Positions 9,420-19,271 of a stretch of 64,000 bases of DNA are shown piece after piece. The stretch is from an uncultured Mycobacterium sp. (GTDB taxonomy: Bacteria > Actinomycetota > Actinomycetes > Mycobacteriales > Mycobacteriaceae). Position numbers and translations under genes: made by a program. Below the pieces are notes generated by a model, which was not told the origin of the DNA, made no database searches, and saw only the letters and a list, made by a program, of their open reading frames with translations. The stretch is from contig CAZEHT010000001.1 in assembly GCA_964511995.1 (NCBI GenBank), positions 33,919 to 97,918 of the forward strand, written 5' to 3'. Within the stretch, counting starts at the first letter, position 1, and each line of letters starts with the position of its first letter.

Positions 9420-10961
9420 CGGGATGACCGCGTCGATCAGGTGGGGGCCCCGCCGCTCGAACGCGTCGGTCATCGCGGCCGCCAGCTCCTCGGCGGTCGC
9501 GGCGCGGCGTGCCGGCACTCCCATGCCTTCGGCGATCTTGACGAAATCCAGTGCGGGACGGCCCAAGTCGAGCAGATCCAGGGCCTTGGGGCCGGGGTTG
9601 GCGGCGTATTCGGCGCCGACGCGCCGCAGTTCGATGCGCAAGATGTCGTAGGCGCCGTTGTCGAAGATGACTGTTGTGACGCCGAGGCCTTCTCGGGCCT
9701 GCGTCCACAGCGCCGAAATCGTGTACATCGCCGATCCGTCGGCCTGCAGCGACAGCACCGGGCGATCGGGCGCGGCCACTGCGGCGCCGACCGCTGCGGG
9801 CAGGCCGTATCCGATCGCTCCCCCGGTCAGCGTCAGCAGGTCATGGGCGGGCGCACCCGCGGTCGCGGCGGCCACGGCCAGGCCCGCCGTATTCGATTCG
9901 TCGACGACGATGGCGTCCTCGGGCAGCAGTGCCCCGATGACGTGCGCGGCCGACAGAGCGGTCAACGGACCGGACGGCAGGTCTGGCCGGTTCAGCCCCG
10001 GCGTGGCCGCCTTGGTACCGGGCGCCACGTCATCCGCGAGATGCGCCAGGGCGGCGGCCGCCCGGTCATATCCGGCCAGGGTATGCACCTGGCAGCCGTC
10101 GGGGACCAGGTCGCTCGGCTTGCCGGGGTAGGCGAAGAACGATACCGGCGATGCCGCCCCGGCCAGGATCAGGTGACGCGCACCGGCGAGCTGGACCTGC
10201 GCGGCCTCGGCGAAATAGGCCAACCGCTCTACCGCGGGCACGCCGGCGCCGCGGCGTAGCCTGGCCGGGAAGGTTTCGCACAGCACACGCGCGCCGGTCG
10301 CTCCACCCACTCGAACGGCGCAGGCCAGTCCGTCGGAAGACGTTGCATCGCCGCCGATGAGAATCACCGTGGGTTCTCCGGATCGGAGCACGGTCGCCAC
10401 CGCGCGAACGGCGTCGTCGTCAACCGGCACCGGGGCGATCCGTGGCCGCGACTGGGCCGGCAGGGCGCCCTGTGACCACGCCACGTCGGCGGGCAGGATG
10501 AGTGTCGACACGGCGCCTTTGCGGCTGGCCGCCAACGCGTCGAGTGCGTCCGCCCCGATGTCCTCGGCGCGAAGCGTCCGCCGCGACCAGCCCGACACGG
10601 TGGATGCCAGCGCGTCGATGTCGGATTCCAGGGGGGCGTCGTACTTCTTGTGGTACGTCGCGTGATCGCCGACCACGACCAGTATGGGAATGTGGGCGCG
10701 GCGGGCATTGTGCAGGTTGGCCAGCCCGTTTCCCAGGCCCGGACCCAGATGGAGCAGGGCGGCGGCGGGCCGGCCGGCGATGCGGGCATATCCGTCGGCG
10801 GCGCCGGTCGCCACGCCTTCGAACAGCGTCAGCACGCCCCGCATGGCGGGCACGCCGTCCAGGGCGGCCACGAAGTGCATCTCGGATGTACCCGGATTGG
10901 CGAAGCACACGTCGACACCGCTGTCGACCATCGTGTGCAGCAAGGCCTGTGCGCCGTTCAC
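9405..10961 (-). CDS. ilvX: Acetolactate synthase large-subunit-like TPP enzyme (Rv3509c ortholog)
   Basis: VNGAQALL...FANPGTSEMHFVAALD, ADGSAMY TPP motif; GTG at 10961 after GGAGG. Confidence 0.85.
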   Translation of the reverse strand: MNGAQALLHTMVDSGVDVCFANPGTSEMHFVAALDGVPAMRGVLTLFEGVATGAADGYARIAGRPAAALLHLGPGLGNGLANLHNARRAHIPILVVVGDHATYHKKYDAPLESDIDALASTVSGWSRRTLRAEDIGADALDALAASRKGAVSTLILPADVAWSQGALPAQSRPRIAPVPVDDDAVRAVATVLRSGEPTVILIGGDATSSDGLACAVRVGGATGARVLCETFPARLRRGAGVPAVERLAYFAEAAQVQLAGARHLILAGAASPVSFFAYPGKPSDLVPDGCQVHTLAGYDRAAAALAHLADDVAPGTKAATPGLNRPDLPSGPLTALSAAHVIGALLPEDAIVVDESNTAGLAVAAATAGAPAHDLLTLTGGAIGYGLPAAVGAAVAAPDRPVLSLQADGSAMYTISALWTQAREGLGVTTVIFDNGAYDILRIELRRVGAEYAANPGPKALDLLDLGRPALDFVKIAEGMGVPARRAATAEELAAAMTDAFERRGPHLIDAVIPSLLG

Positions 10962-11016
10962 GGTCGGACCTCCTTCAGCAGCTCCGACACCCATGGGCGG
11001 CTTTGGGCGACGGGGG

Positions 11017-12131
11017 TCAGCTCCCGCGGATGGTGTCGAGGCGCCGGGTGGCGTCCTCGAAGCCGGACACCAGTTCACCGATGATGTCGGCAGCCGGACG
11101 GATGTCATTCATCCTGCCGACGCTCTGACCGACGGGCATCGCCATGGCGGTCGGGTCGGTGGACGCACTCATCCGCTGGTGTGCCTCGCCGACCAGGATG
11201 TTCTGCAGCGGCATCGGCAGGGGTTCGGGTGCTCCCTCGGCATCCCAGGCATCGGTCCACCGGCTCTTGAGCGGCCGTGCGGGCTTGCCGGTGTAGATGC
11301 GGCGACGCACGGTGTCGCTGGACGTGGCCGCCAGCAGAGCCTGCTGGATCACCGAGCACCGGCTTCGGTGCGTACCTCGAGGTCGTATTCGGCCGCCATC
11401 AGAAACGCAGAGCCTATCCACACGCCCTGTGCCCCCAGAGCCAGTGCGGCCGCCACCTGGCGGCCCGAACCGATACCGCCCGCGGCCAGCACCGGCGTCG
11501 AATCGCCAACCGCGTCGACGACGGGCACCAGCACCATCGACGCGATCTCGCCGGTATCGCCGCCGGCCTCGTTACCCTGGGCGATCACGATGTCGACACC
11601 GTTTTCCACATGCCGCACCGCGTGCGCAGCGCGGCCGGCCAGGGCGGCCACCGGGATACCGGCCGCGTGAACCTGGTCGATGACGTCTTTCGGCGACGAG
11701 CCCAGCGCGTTGGCGATCAGCGTGATCGGATGCGTCAGGGCCACCTCGACGTGGCCCCGTGCCACCGAGTGCAGCCAGCCGAGCACGCCCTCGTTGCGCG
11801 TTTCGTCGGCGGGCAGGGGCGGTACGCCGAGATCTGTCAGCGTCTCGGCGACGAAATCGCGGTGCGCTCGCGGGATCAGCTTCTCGATGTCCAGCGCGCT
11901 GCCCTCGGTGGGGACCTTGGCGGGCATCACGACGTCGATCCCATAGGGCTTGCCGTCGGTGTTCTCGTCCATCCAGCCCAAGAGCCCGTCGAGGTCGGAT
12001 GGATCGTTGAATCGGACGCGCCGAGCATGCCCAGACCGCGGCACGGCTGACCGCGGCCGCCGCCTTCTCCGAGGGCGTGAACACGAAGATCGGTAAGCGA
12101 TCCCGAAGCGTTCACACAGCTCGGTTCGTAT
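11017..12131 (-). pseudogene. Degenerate nitronate monooxygenase (2-nitropropane dioxygenase) family gene
   Basis: Family sequence is spread over three ORF-track frames (RTELCERFGIAY / FTPSEKAAAAVSRA / VRFNDPSDLDG...GAR* / SVIQQALL...IRGS). ATA sits where ATG would overlap the fadD19 stop. Single-base deletions near 12092, 12040, 12019 and 11356. The conserved GGHxG reads GGDTG. Confidence 0.85.
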
Positions 12132-13783
12132 CAAGTCTGCGTTCCGACGTGCTTGGCATGAACCTCGTCGGCGCCACGGGCCTCGGTTTGATCCTTGGCC
12201 CATCGGTAGTCGGGCTTGCCCGCCGGAGACCGCTTCACTTCGTCGACCAGCCACAGACTGCGCGGGACCTTGTATCCCGCGATCTCCGACCGCACGTGGG
12301 CGTCGAGATCGGCGAGCGACGGCCGGGCTCCGTCGCGGGGCTGGACCACGGCCGCCACATGCTGACCGAACCGCGGATCCGGCACACCGACGACGAGCGC
12401 GTCGAAGACGTCGGGATGGCCTTTGAGAGCGGCCTCCACCTCTTCGGGGTAAATCTTCTCGCCGCCGCTGTTGATCGACACCGAACCGCGGCCGAGCATC
12501 GTGACGCTGCCATCCGCCTCCACCTCGGCGTAGTCGCCGGGGATCGCGTAGCGCACCCCGTTGATGACGCGGAATGTCTGCCGCGTCTTTTCTTCGTCCT
12601 TGTAGTAGCCGACCGGGATGTGGCCCCGCTTGGCGATGATTCCCCGCACGCCCGACCCCGGCACGACCTCGTTGCCGTCCTCGTCGAGCACGACGGTGTT
12701 CTTGTCGATGTTCACCCGCGGCCCGCCGGTGTGCGACTGGCCCTTGGCCACGATGCTGGTACCGCCGAAACCCGTCTCCGACGACCCGATCGAGTCGGTG
12801 ATGACACGGTTAGGCAGCAACTCCAGGAACTTCTCCTTGATGCTCGTGGAGAACAGCGCCGCGGTGCTGGCAAGCAGGAACAGACTCGAGAGGTCGTAGG
12901 AATCTTCGGCGTCCTGATGTGCCAGCAGCGCGTCCAGCAGCGGCCGGCCCATCGCGTCGCCGGTGAAGAACAACAGGTTGACCTTGTAGTCCTGGATGGT
13001 GCGCCACACCTCCTCGGCGACGAACTCCGGTGCCAGGACGGTGGTATGGCCGGCGAACAACGACATCCAGGTCGCCGACTGGGTGGCCCCGTGGATCATC
13101 GGCGGAATAGGATAGCGCACCATCGGCGCATTGGTGGCGGCCTGTTTAGACAGGTCGTACTCGTCGGGCAACGGCTCGCCGGTGGCGAAGTCGGTGCCGC
13201 CGAACAGCACCCGGTAGATGTCCTCATGCCGCCACATCACGCCCTTGGGGAAGCCGGTGGTGCCGCCGGTGTAGAGCAGGTAGATATCGTCGGCACTGCG
13301 CGGGCCGAAGTCGCGCTCGGGCGAGCCCTGAGCGAGCGCGGTCTCGAACTCGACTCCGCCGTAGCGCTGGTAGTCCAGATCCGAACCGTCTTCGACCACC
13401 AGCACGGTCTTGACCTTCGGTGTGTCGGGCAGCACGTTGGCGACCCGATCGCTGTACTGGCGTTCGTGGACCAGGGCGACCATGTCGGAGTTGTCGAAGA
13501 GGTAGCGTAGTTCGGCCTCGACATAGCGGAAGTTGACGTTGACCAGGATGGCCCCCGCCTTGACGATGCCGAGCATCGCCACCACAATCTCGTTGCGGTT
13601 GCGGCAGTAGAGGCCGACCTTGTCGCCCTTCTGCACGCCGTGGTCGATGAGGTAGTGGGCCAGTCGATTGGCCTTCTCCTCGAGTTCTGCGTAGGTCAGC
13701 TGTTCGTCGCCGCAAACGAGGGCGACACGATCCGGCACGGCGTCGATGGCGTGCTCGGCGAGATCGGCGATATTCAGGGCCAC
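12131..13783 (-). CDS. fadD19: Steroid side-chain acyl-CoA ligase (Rv3515c ortholog)
   Basis: MALNIADLAEHAIDAVPDRVAL, YTGGTTGFPKG, NSGGEKIYPEEVE. Confidence 0.93.
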   Translation of the reverse strand: MALNIADLAEHAIDAVPDRVALVCGDEQLTYAELEEKANRLAHYLIDHGVQKGDKVGLYCRNRNEIVVAMLGIVKAGAILVNVNFRYVEAELRYLFDNSDMVALVHERQYSDRVANVLPDTPKVKTVLVVEDGSDLDYQRYGGVEFETALAQGSPERDFGPRSADDIYLLYTGGTTGFPKGVMWRHEDIYRVLFGGTDFATGEPLPDEYDLSKQAATNAPMVRYPIPPMIHGATQSATWMSLFAGHTTVLAPEFVAEEVWRTIQDYKVNLLFFTGDAMGRPLLDALLAHQDAEDSYDLSSLFLLASTAALFSTSIKEKFLELLPNRVITDSIGSSETGFGGTSIVAKGQSHTGGPRVNIDKNTVVLDEDGNEVVPGSGVRGIIAKRGHIPVGYYKDEEKTRQTFRVINGVRYAIPGDYAEVEADGSVTMLGRGSVSINSGGEKIYPEEVEAALKGHPDVFDALVVGVPDPRFGQHVAAVVQPRDGARPSLADLDAHVRSEIAGYKVPRSLWLVDEVKRSPAGKPDYRWAKDQTEARGADEVHAKHVGTQT

Positions 13784-13793
13784 GCAAACAAAC

Positions 13794-13807
13794 TAGAACG
13801 CGTTCCA
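13794..13807. promoter_or_regulatory. KstR operator upstream of fadD19
   Basis: TAGAACGCGTTCCA matches TnnAACnnGTTnnA, 10 bp from the start codon. Confidence 0.85.
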
Positions 13808-14030
13808 TTTCCTTTCAAGTTGCCCCACCGCAAATCCGGCCAAACCGGTGCGATGGGGCGGAGTCCAACCCGAACCATTGTGTCCAGTGTGGCCAATGGT
13901 GTTCGCCCGGCGAGCGCCCACTCGATGCACACCGACAGGCCCTAACGGCGCCCACGGGCAGCTTTGCGGCCCCCGGAATAGACGACCCCGGCTATTGCTC
14001 GCCGTCTCCTGGTCGAGTTCTCGTCGTCTT

Positions 14031-15236
14031 CTAGTTGACGACGCGGGGGCCCGGAGTGAACACGACCGGCATCGCCTCCAGGCCGCTGACGAAGTTCGCC
14101 GGGCGCAACGGCAGGGCGGACTCGTCGGCCAATCGCAGATCCGGCATCCGCTGCAACACGCGGGTCAGCATCAACCGCAGTTCCAGCCGGGCCAGCTGGT
14201 TACCCAGACAGAAGTGTGTTCCGAATCCGAAAGCCAAGTGGCTGTTGGGATTTCGATCAATCCGGAAGTTCTCCGGGTCACCGAAGACCGTCTCGTCGAA
14301 ATTGGCGGACTCGAACATCAGCATGAGCTTCTCGCCCTCCCGCAGTTCCGTATCGTGAAATACGGTGTCGGCGGTCAGAGTGCGGCACATGTTCTTCACC
14401 GGCGAGGTCCAGCGCAGCATCTCCTCGACGGCATCCGGCAGCAGCGCAGCGTCGGCCACCGTGCTCGACCATTGGTCCCGGTGACGCACCAGTTGCTCGG
14501 TACCGCCGGACAGCGTGTGGCGGGTAGTCTCGTCGCCGCCGATGAGGATCAGCAGAGTTTCCATGACGATCTCGGTGTCCGACATCCGCTGACCGTCGAC
14601 CTCGGCGTTGACAAGGACCGAGAACAGATCGTCTGCCGGTTCGGCGCGGCGCTTGGCGAGGACGTCCATGGTGAACGCGGTGTAGGCGGCGAATGTCTCC
14701 ATGGCCGCCGCCATCACCGTCTCGTCGAAGTGCGAGCTCAGCGCGCACACCAGGTCGTCGGACCAGGTCAGCAGCAATTCGCGCTGTTCGGGAAGCACGC
14801 CCAGCATGTCTCCGATGACCGCCATCGGCAGCGGCGCGGCGATGTCGCGGACGAAGTCGCATTCCCCGCGTTCGATGACCCCGTCGATCAGGGTGTCGCA
14901 CAGCCGCTCGATGGAGGGCAGTCTGTCCATCACCCGTTTGCGCGTGAATCCGGCGTTGACGAGCTTGCGGCGCAGCAGGTGAGCCGGGTCGTCCATGTCG
15001 ATCATGTAGGGCATCGCCGGCTGGTCCGGCCTGATTCCCCCGGCCGAGCAGAAGAGCTCCGGGTTGCGCTCCGCGTCGAGGACGGTCTGATAGGTCGTAG
15101 CGGCGGCCAGGCCGTTGCGGTCGCGGAAGACCGGCTGATTGGCGCGCATCCACTTGTATGCCTCACGGGCTCCCCCGTCGGCGTAGAAATTGCCGTCGGT
15201 CAGATCAACGTTGAGAGCGGACAGAGTCGACGTCAT
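14031..15236 (-). CDS. cyp142: Cytochrome P450 sterol C26/27-monooxygenase (Rv3518c ortholog)
   Basis: FGFGTHFCLG heme motif, GGDETT, EEMLRW; synteny. Confidence 0.9.
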   Translation of the reverse strand: MTSTLSALNVDLTDGNFYADGGAREAYKWMRANQPVFRDRNGLAAATTYQTVLDAERNPELFCSAGGIRPDQPAMPYMIDMDDPAHLLRRKLVNAGFTRKRVMDRLPSIERLCDTLIDGVIERGECDFVRDIAAPLPMAVIGDMLGVLPEQRELLLTWSDDLVCALSSHFDETVMAAAMETFAAYTAFTMDVLAKRRAEPADDLFSVLVNAEVDGQRMSDTEIVMETLLILIGGDETTRHTLSGGTEQLVRHRDQWSSTVADAALLPDAVEEMLRWTSPVKNMCRTLTADTVFHDTELREGEKLMLMFESANFDETVFGDPENFRIDRNPNSHLAFGFGTHFCLGNQLARLELRLMLTRVLQRMPDLRLADESALPLRPANFVSGLEAMPVVFTPGPRVVN

Positions 15237-15254
15237 GTCTGCGTAGTCTCCTGC

Positions 15255-15992
15255 CTATGACGGGATCTCGTGGGCGTCTCCGAAAGTCATCTCGACATTG
15301 TCGGATGACTGGGTGACGAATGCGCGCTTGGGCAACCCGAGGGCCGCGAGTTCCTGTGCGTACGGATGGTCTCCGAGCCACATCCGGACCCCACCGGCCC
15401 GGTATCGCACACCGGCCGGCCAGCTCTGCCCGACGGTCTCGCGGGTGACCCCGTCGCGGTGCGAATAGGTGCGGTAGACCCGTTTGCGCGAACCCAACAC
15501 CGCCGGGATCGGGATGCCGGGCCGGAACTCCATTCCCGCCACCAGCCGGCCGTCCACGCTGACATCGAATCCGAATTGACGGCCGTTGCGAACGGTGAAG
15601 TCGCCCAACACCTTCGGATAGCCCCAAATCTTCTGTCCAGCCTCCAAAGTGAACGCCTGGTCCACCGGGAGATGGTGGATGAAGGCGCCGGCGGACTGTA
15701 GTGCGCGCAGCCCGGTCGCGTTCGATCCCGGCGGATTCACCATCACGTTCGTTCCGTATTCGTAGTACGGACCGAGGTCGCCGTCGACATAGTGCATGAG
15801 CATCAGCACCACGACGGCTCGACGCGGGCGGAAGCGGCAGACCGTCAGGCTGCTGTAGTCGATCATCCGCTGAGCGGCGTCAGCGTCCACCGAGAACATC
15901 GCGACGTGCTGACGAGCCTTGCGGATTCGGATCGGCATGGTCAGCACCGTGCCGGCGATCGTGTGCTGGGAGAACTCTCCGGTGTCGGTCAT
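15255..15992 (-). CDS. Acetoacetate decarboxylase-family protein (Rv3519-like)
   Basis: SQHTIAGTVLTMP..., GDLGPYYEY, HHLPVDQAFTLEAG..IWGYPK; start placed at ATG 15992 within the longer ORF. Confidence 0.75.
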   Translation of the reverse strand: MTDTGEFSQHTIAGTVLTMPIRIRKARQHVAMFSVDADAAQRMIDYSSLTVCRFRPRRAVVVLMLMHYVDGDLGPYYEYGTNVMVNPPGSNATGLRALQSAGAFIHHLPVDQAFTLEAGQKIWGYPKVLGDFTVRNGRQFGFDVSVDGRLVAGMEFRPGIPIPAVLGSRKRVYRTYSHRDGVTRETVGQSWPAGVRYRAGGVRMWLGDHPYAQELAALGLPKRAFVTQSSDNVEMTFGDAHEIPS

Positions 15993-16036
15993 CTCGTCAA
16001 ATCTAGAGGGCGCAGTAGACAATCTGCAAGAAGTGT

Positions 16037-17068
16037 CTACACAAGGGCGGCGAGATCGCGGATCTGCTCCGTCGTCCGCGCGCCCACCACCATCATGGTG
16101 ACGCCGGTGGCCTCCCACGCGGCGATCTGCTTGCCCACGTAGTCGACGTCGCCGACGATCGCGGAGTCGTCGACCAGCTCGTCGGGAATGGCCTTGGCCG
16201 CCTCGTCCTTGCGGTCGCTGCGGAACAGCTTGGTGACGTCCTCGACCACCTCGGCGTAGCCCATCCGGCGGTACACGTCGGCGTGAAAGTTGGTACCTTC
16301 GGCGCCCATACCGCCCACGTAGAGGGCCAGATGCGGCTTCATGAGCTCCATGATCGCGGGCCTCTCGTCGGTCACCACCACCTGTGCGGTGGCGCAGATT
16401 TCGAAGTCTTCCCTGCTGCGGCGCGCGCCCGGGCTGGCGAAGCCCTCGTCGAGCCACTCGTTGTACATCGAGGCCAGCCGGGGACTGTAGAAGATCGGCA
16501 GCCAGCCGTCGCAGACCTCGGCGGCCAGCGCCACGTTCTTGGGTCCCTCGGCTCCGAGCATGATCGGGATGTCCGCCCGCAACGGATGCGTGATGGGCTT
16601 GAGCGCCTTGCCAAGCCCCGTGGTGCCCGCGCCGTGCAACGGCAGCGGGTAATGCGGGCCGGCACTGGTCACCGGCGCTTCACGCGCCCAAACCTGCCGG
16701 AGCACGTCGATGTACTCGCGTGTGCGCGCCAGCGGCTTGGGGAACCGCTGGCCGTACCAGCCCTCCACCACCTGCGGCCCGGACACACCCAGGCCCAGGA
16801 TGTGCCGGCCACCGCTGAGGTGATCGAGCGTGAGCGCTGCCATCGCACACGCGGTCGGCGTGCGTGCGGACAACTGAACCACCGACGTGCCGAGCCGCAT
16901 CCGCTTCGTCTCACGCCCCCACCATGCCAACGGGGTGTAGGCATCCGAGCCCCACGCCTCCGCGGTGAACACGGTGTCGAAGCCGGCGTCCTCGGCCGCC
17001 GACACGAGCTCGGCATGGTTTGCCGGCGGCTTGGCCCCCCAATAACCCAACTGGAGTCCGAGCTTCAT
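16037..17068 (-). CDS. LLM-class F420-dependent oxidoreductase (Rv3520c ortholog)
   Basis: MKLGLQLGYWG, AEAWGSDA, LGLGVSGPQVVEGWYG, GAEGPKNV. Confidence 0.88.
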   Translation of the reverse strand: MKLGLQLGYWGAKPPANHAELVSAAEDAGFDTVFTAEAWGSDAYTPLAWWGRETKRMRLGTSVVQLSARTPTACAMAALTLDHLSGGRHILGLGVSGPQVVEGWYGQRFPKPLARTREYIDVLRQVWAREAPVTSAGPHYPLPLHGAGTTGLGKALKPITHPLRADIPIMLGAEGPKNVALAAEVCDGWLPIFYSPRLASMYNEWLDEGFASPGARRSREDFEICATAQVVVTDERPAIMELMKPHLALYVGGMGAEGTNFHADVYRRMGYAEVVEDVTKLFRSDRKDEAAKAIPDELVDDSAIVGDVDYVGKQIAAWEATGVTMMVVGARTTEQIRDLAALV

Positions 17069-17125
17069 GGGTCCCGCCTTTCTGAGCCGCAGCACCCCGC
17101 GACGATGGCTGCTTGCCTCGGATGT

Positions 17126-17139
17126 TAGAACCTGTTCTA
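17126..17139. promoter_or_regulatory. KstR operator between the Rv3520c- and Rv3521-like genes
   Basis: TAGAACCTGTTCTA matches TnnAACnnGTTnnA. Confidence 0.87.
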
Positions 17140-17148
17140 CTCGATGCC

Positions 17149-18156
17149 GTGAACGCCAGTCAGAGCGGCCCGGCGCAGATCGATGAGCACGAACGGCCGC
17201 TTTCCGCGCCCTTGAAACTGTCATTCGACTACACCCGCTCGGTCGGTCGGGTCCTCGGGGAGTTCTTCACCGCTCTACGTGACAGGCGCATCGTCGGCGT
17301 ACGCGGATCCGACGGGCGGGTGCTGGTGCCGCCCGCCGAGTTCGACCCCGTCACCTACGCGCCGCTGACCGACGTGGTGCCCGTGTCCAGCGTGGGCACG
17401 GTGGTGTCGTGGACCTGGCAGCCCGAGCCGCTGCACGGCCAGCCGTTGGACCGGCCGTTCGCATGGGCGTTGATCAAGCTGGACGGTGCCGACACCGCGC
17501 TGCTGCACGCTGTCGACGCCGGGTCCGCGGACAAGCTACACAGCGGTGACCGGGTGCACGCGCACTGGGCCGCCCAGACCACCGGAGCGATCAGCGACAT
17601 CGCCTACTTCGTGCCCGGCGACCAGGCCGAGGAGGCCGGTACGGCCGACGACGGCAGGGACCCGGTGACGATGATCGTGACGCCCATCGATATCGAGATC
17701 ACCCACACCGCCTCACTGCCGGAAAGCGCCTACCTGAGGGCATTGCAGGAGGGCCGGCTGCTCGGGGCGCGGACCGCCGGCGCGGACGGCGAAAAACCGG
17801 GCAAGGTGTACTTCCCCGCACGAGAAGCGGACCCGAAGACCGGAAGGTCGCTCAACGAACTCGTCGAACTCTCCGACAAGGGGATCGTCACGACGTTCGC
17901 GATCATCAACATTCCGTTCGAGGGCCAGCGCATCAAGCCGCCCTATGTCGCGGCATACGTCCTGCTGGACGGCGCGGACATCCCCTTCCTGCACCTCGTC
18001 ACCGAAGTGGACGCCGCGGAGGTCCGGATGGGCATGCGAGTCGAGGCCGTCTGGAGGCCCAGCGATGAGTGGGGGCTGGGCATCGACAACATCGCACACT
18101 TCCGGCCGACGGGTGAACCCGACGCCGACTACGACTCCTACAAGCACCACCTCTAG
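17149..18156 (+). CDS. Tandem DUF35/OB-fold protein (Rv3521 ortholog)
   Basis: Two DUF35-like halves (FDYTRSVG..., RPFAWALIKLDG; PYVAAYVLLDG, GMRVEAVW); GTG at 17149. Confidence 0.85.
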   Translation: MNASQSGPAQIDEHERPLSAPLKLSFDYTRSVGRVLGEFFTALRDRRIVGVRGSDGRVLVPPAEFDPVTYAPLTDVVPVSSVGTVVSWTWQPEPLHGQPLDRPFAWALIKLDGADTALLHAVDAGSADKLHSGDRVHAHWAAQTTGAISDIAYFVPGDQAEEAGTADDGRDPVTMIVTPIDIEITHTASLPESAYLRALQEGRLLGARTAGADGEKPGKVYFPAREADPKTGRSLNELVELSDKGIVTTFAIINIPFEGQRIKPPYVAAYVLLDGADIPFLHLVTEVDAAEVRMGMRVEAVWRPSDEWGLGIDNIAHFRPTGEPDADYDSYKHHL

Positions 18157-18168
18157 AGAGGGCGCACA

Positions 18169-19233
18169 TTGACTGCCGCAACCGACATAGCCGTGGTCGG
18201 CTTCGCCCATGCGCCCCATGTGCGACGGACCGGCGGGACGACCAACGGCGTTGAGATGTTGATGCCCTGTTTCGCCCAGCTCTACTCCGACCTCGGCATC
18301 GAGAAGGGCGACATCGGATTCTGGTGCTCGGGATCCTCGGATTACCTTGCCGGACGGGCCTTCTCGTTCATATCGGCGATCGACTCGATCGGCGCGGTGC
18401 CGCCGATCAACGAATCGCACGTGGAGATGGATGCCGCGTGGGCGCTCTACGAGGCCTACATCAAGCTGCTCACCGGCGACGTCGAGACCGCGCTGGTGTA
18501 CGGCTTCGGGAAGTCGTCGGCGGGTATCTTGCGCCGGGTCCTGTCCCTGCAAACCGATCCGTACACCGTGGCCCCGCTGTGGCCGGACTCAGTGTCGATG
18601 GCCGGCCTGCAGGCCAGGGTCGGACTGGACTCCGGGGCGTGGACCGCCGAACAGATGGCCCAGGTCGCGCTCGATGCGATGGCAGCGGCCCCGCGGGTGG
18701 ATTCGGTGGAGCCGGCGGCCTCGGTGGACGAACTGCTCGGCCGGCCGTTCTTCGCCGATCCGCTGCGCCGCCACGACATCGCGCCGATCACCGACGGCGC
18801 GTCGGCGATCGTGCTCGCCGCCGGAGACCGTGCCAGGGAACTTCGGGAGCGTCCGGCCTGGATCACCGGCTTCGAGCATCGCATCGAAACGCCGATCCTG
18901 GGCGCGCGGGATCTCACCGCCTCGCCGTCGACAGCGGCGTCCGCCGCCGCGGCCACCGGCGGCGACGCCGCCTCGATCGAGGTCGCCGAGATCTACGCTC
19001 CGTTCACCCATCAACAGCTGATCCTGACCGAGGCGATCGGACTGCCCTCCGGCACCAAGGTGAACCCGTCCGGCGGCGCGTTGGTCGCCAACCCGATGTT
19101 CTCCACCGGCTTAGAGCGCATCGGCTTTGCCGCACAACACATTTTCGACGGTTCGGCGCAACGCGTGCTGGCACATGCCACCAGCGGCCCGGCACTGCAG
19201 CAGAATCTCGTCGCAGTCATGGAAGGGCGGTAA
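18169..19233 (+). CDS. ltp4: Thiolase-like aldolase subunit (Rv3522 ortholog)
   Basis: CSGSSDYLAGRAFSF, PITDGASA, NPSGGAL; synteny. Confidence 0.88.
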   Translation: MTAATDIAVVGFAHAPHVRRTGGTTNGVEMLMPCFAQLYSDLGIEKGDIGFWCSGSSDYLAGRAFSFISAIDSIGAVPPINESHVEMDAAWALYEAYIKLLTGDVETALVYGFGKSSAGILRRVLSLQTDPYTVAPLWPDSVSMAGLQARVGLDSGAWTAEQMAQVALDAMAAAPRVDSVEPAASVDELLGRPFFADPLRRHDIAPITDGASAIVLAAGDRARELRERPAWITGFEHRIETPILGARDLTASPSTAASAAAATGGDAASIEVAEIYAPFTHQQLILTEAIGLPSGTKVNPSGGALVANPMFSTGLERIGFAAQHIFDGSAQRVLAHATSGPALQQNLVAVMEGR

Positions 19234-19271
19234 CCGATGAGGGCTGGCGCGACGAGCGGAGGGCTCTTCTG

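Noticed and set aside
16015-16040. Inverted repeat GTAGACA-N12-TGTCTAC
   Set aside because: Overlaps a stop codon, does not match KstR and occurs only once
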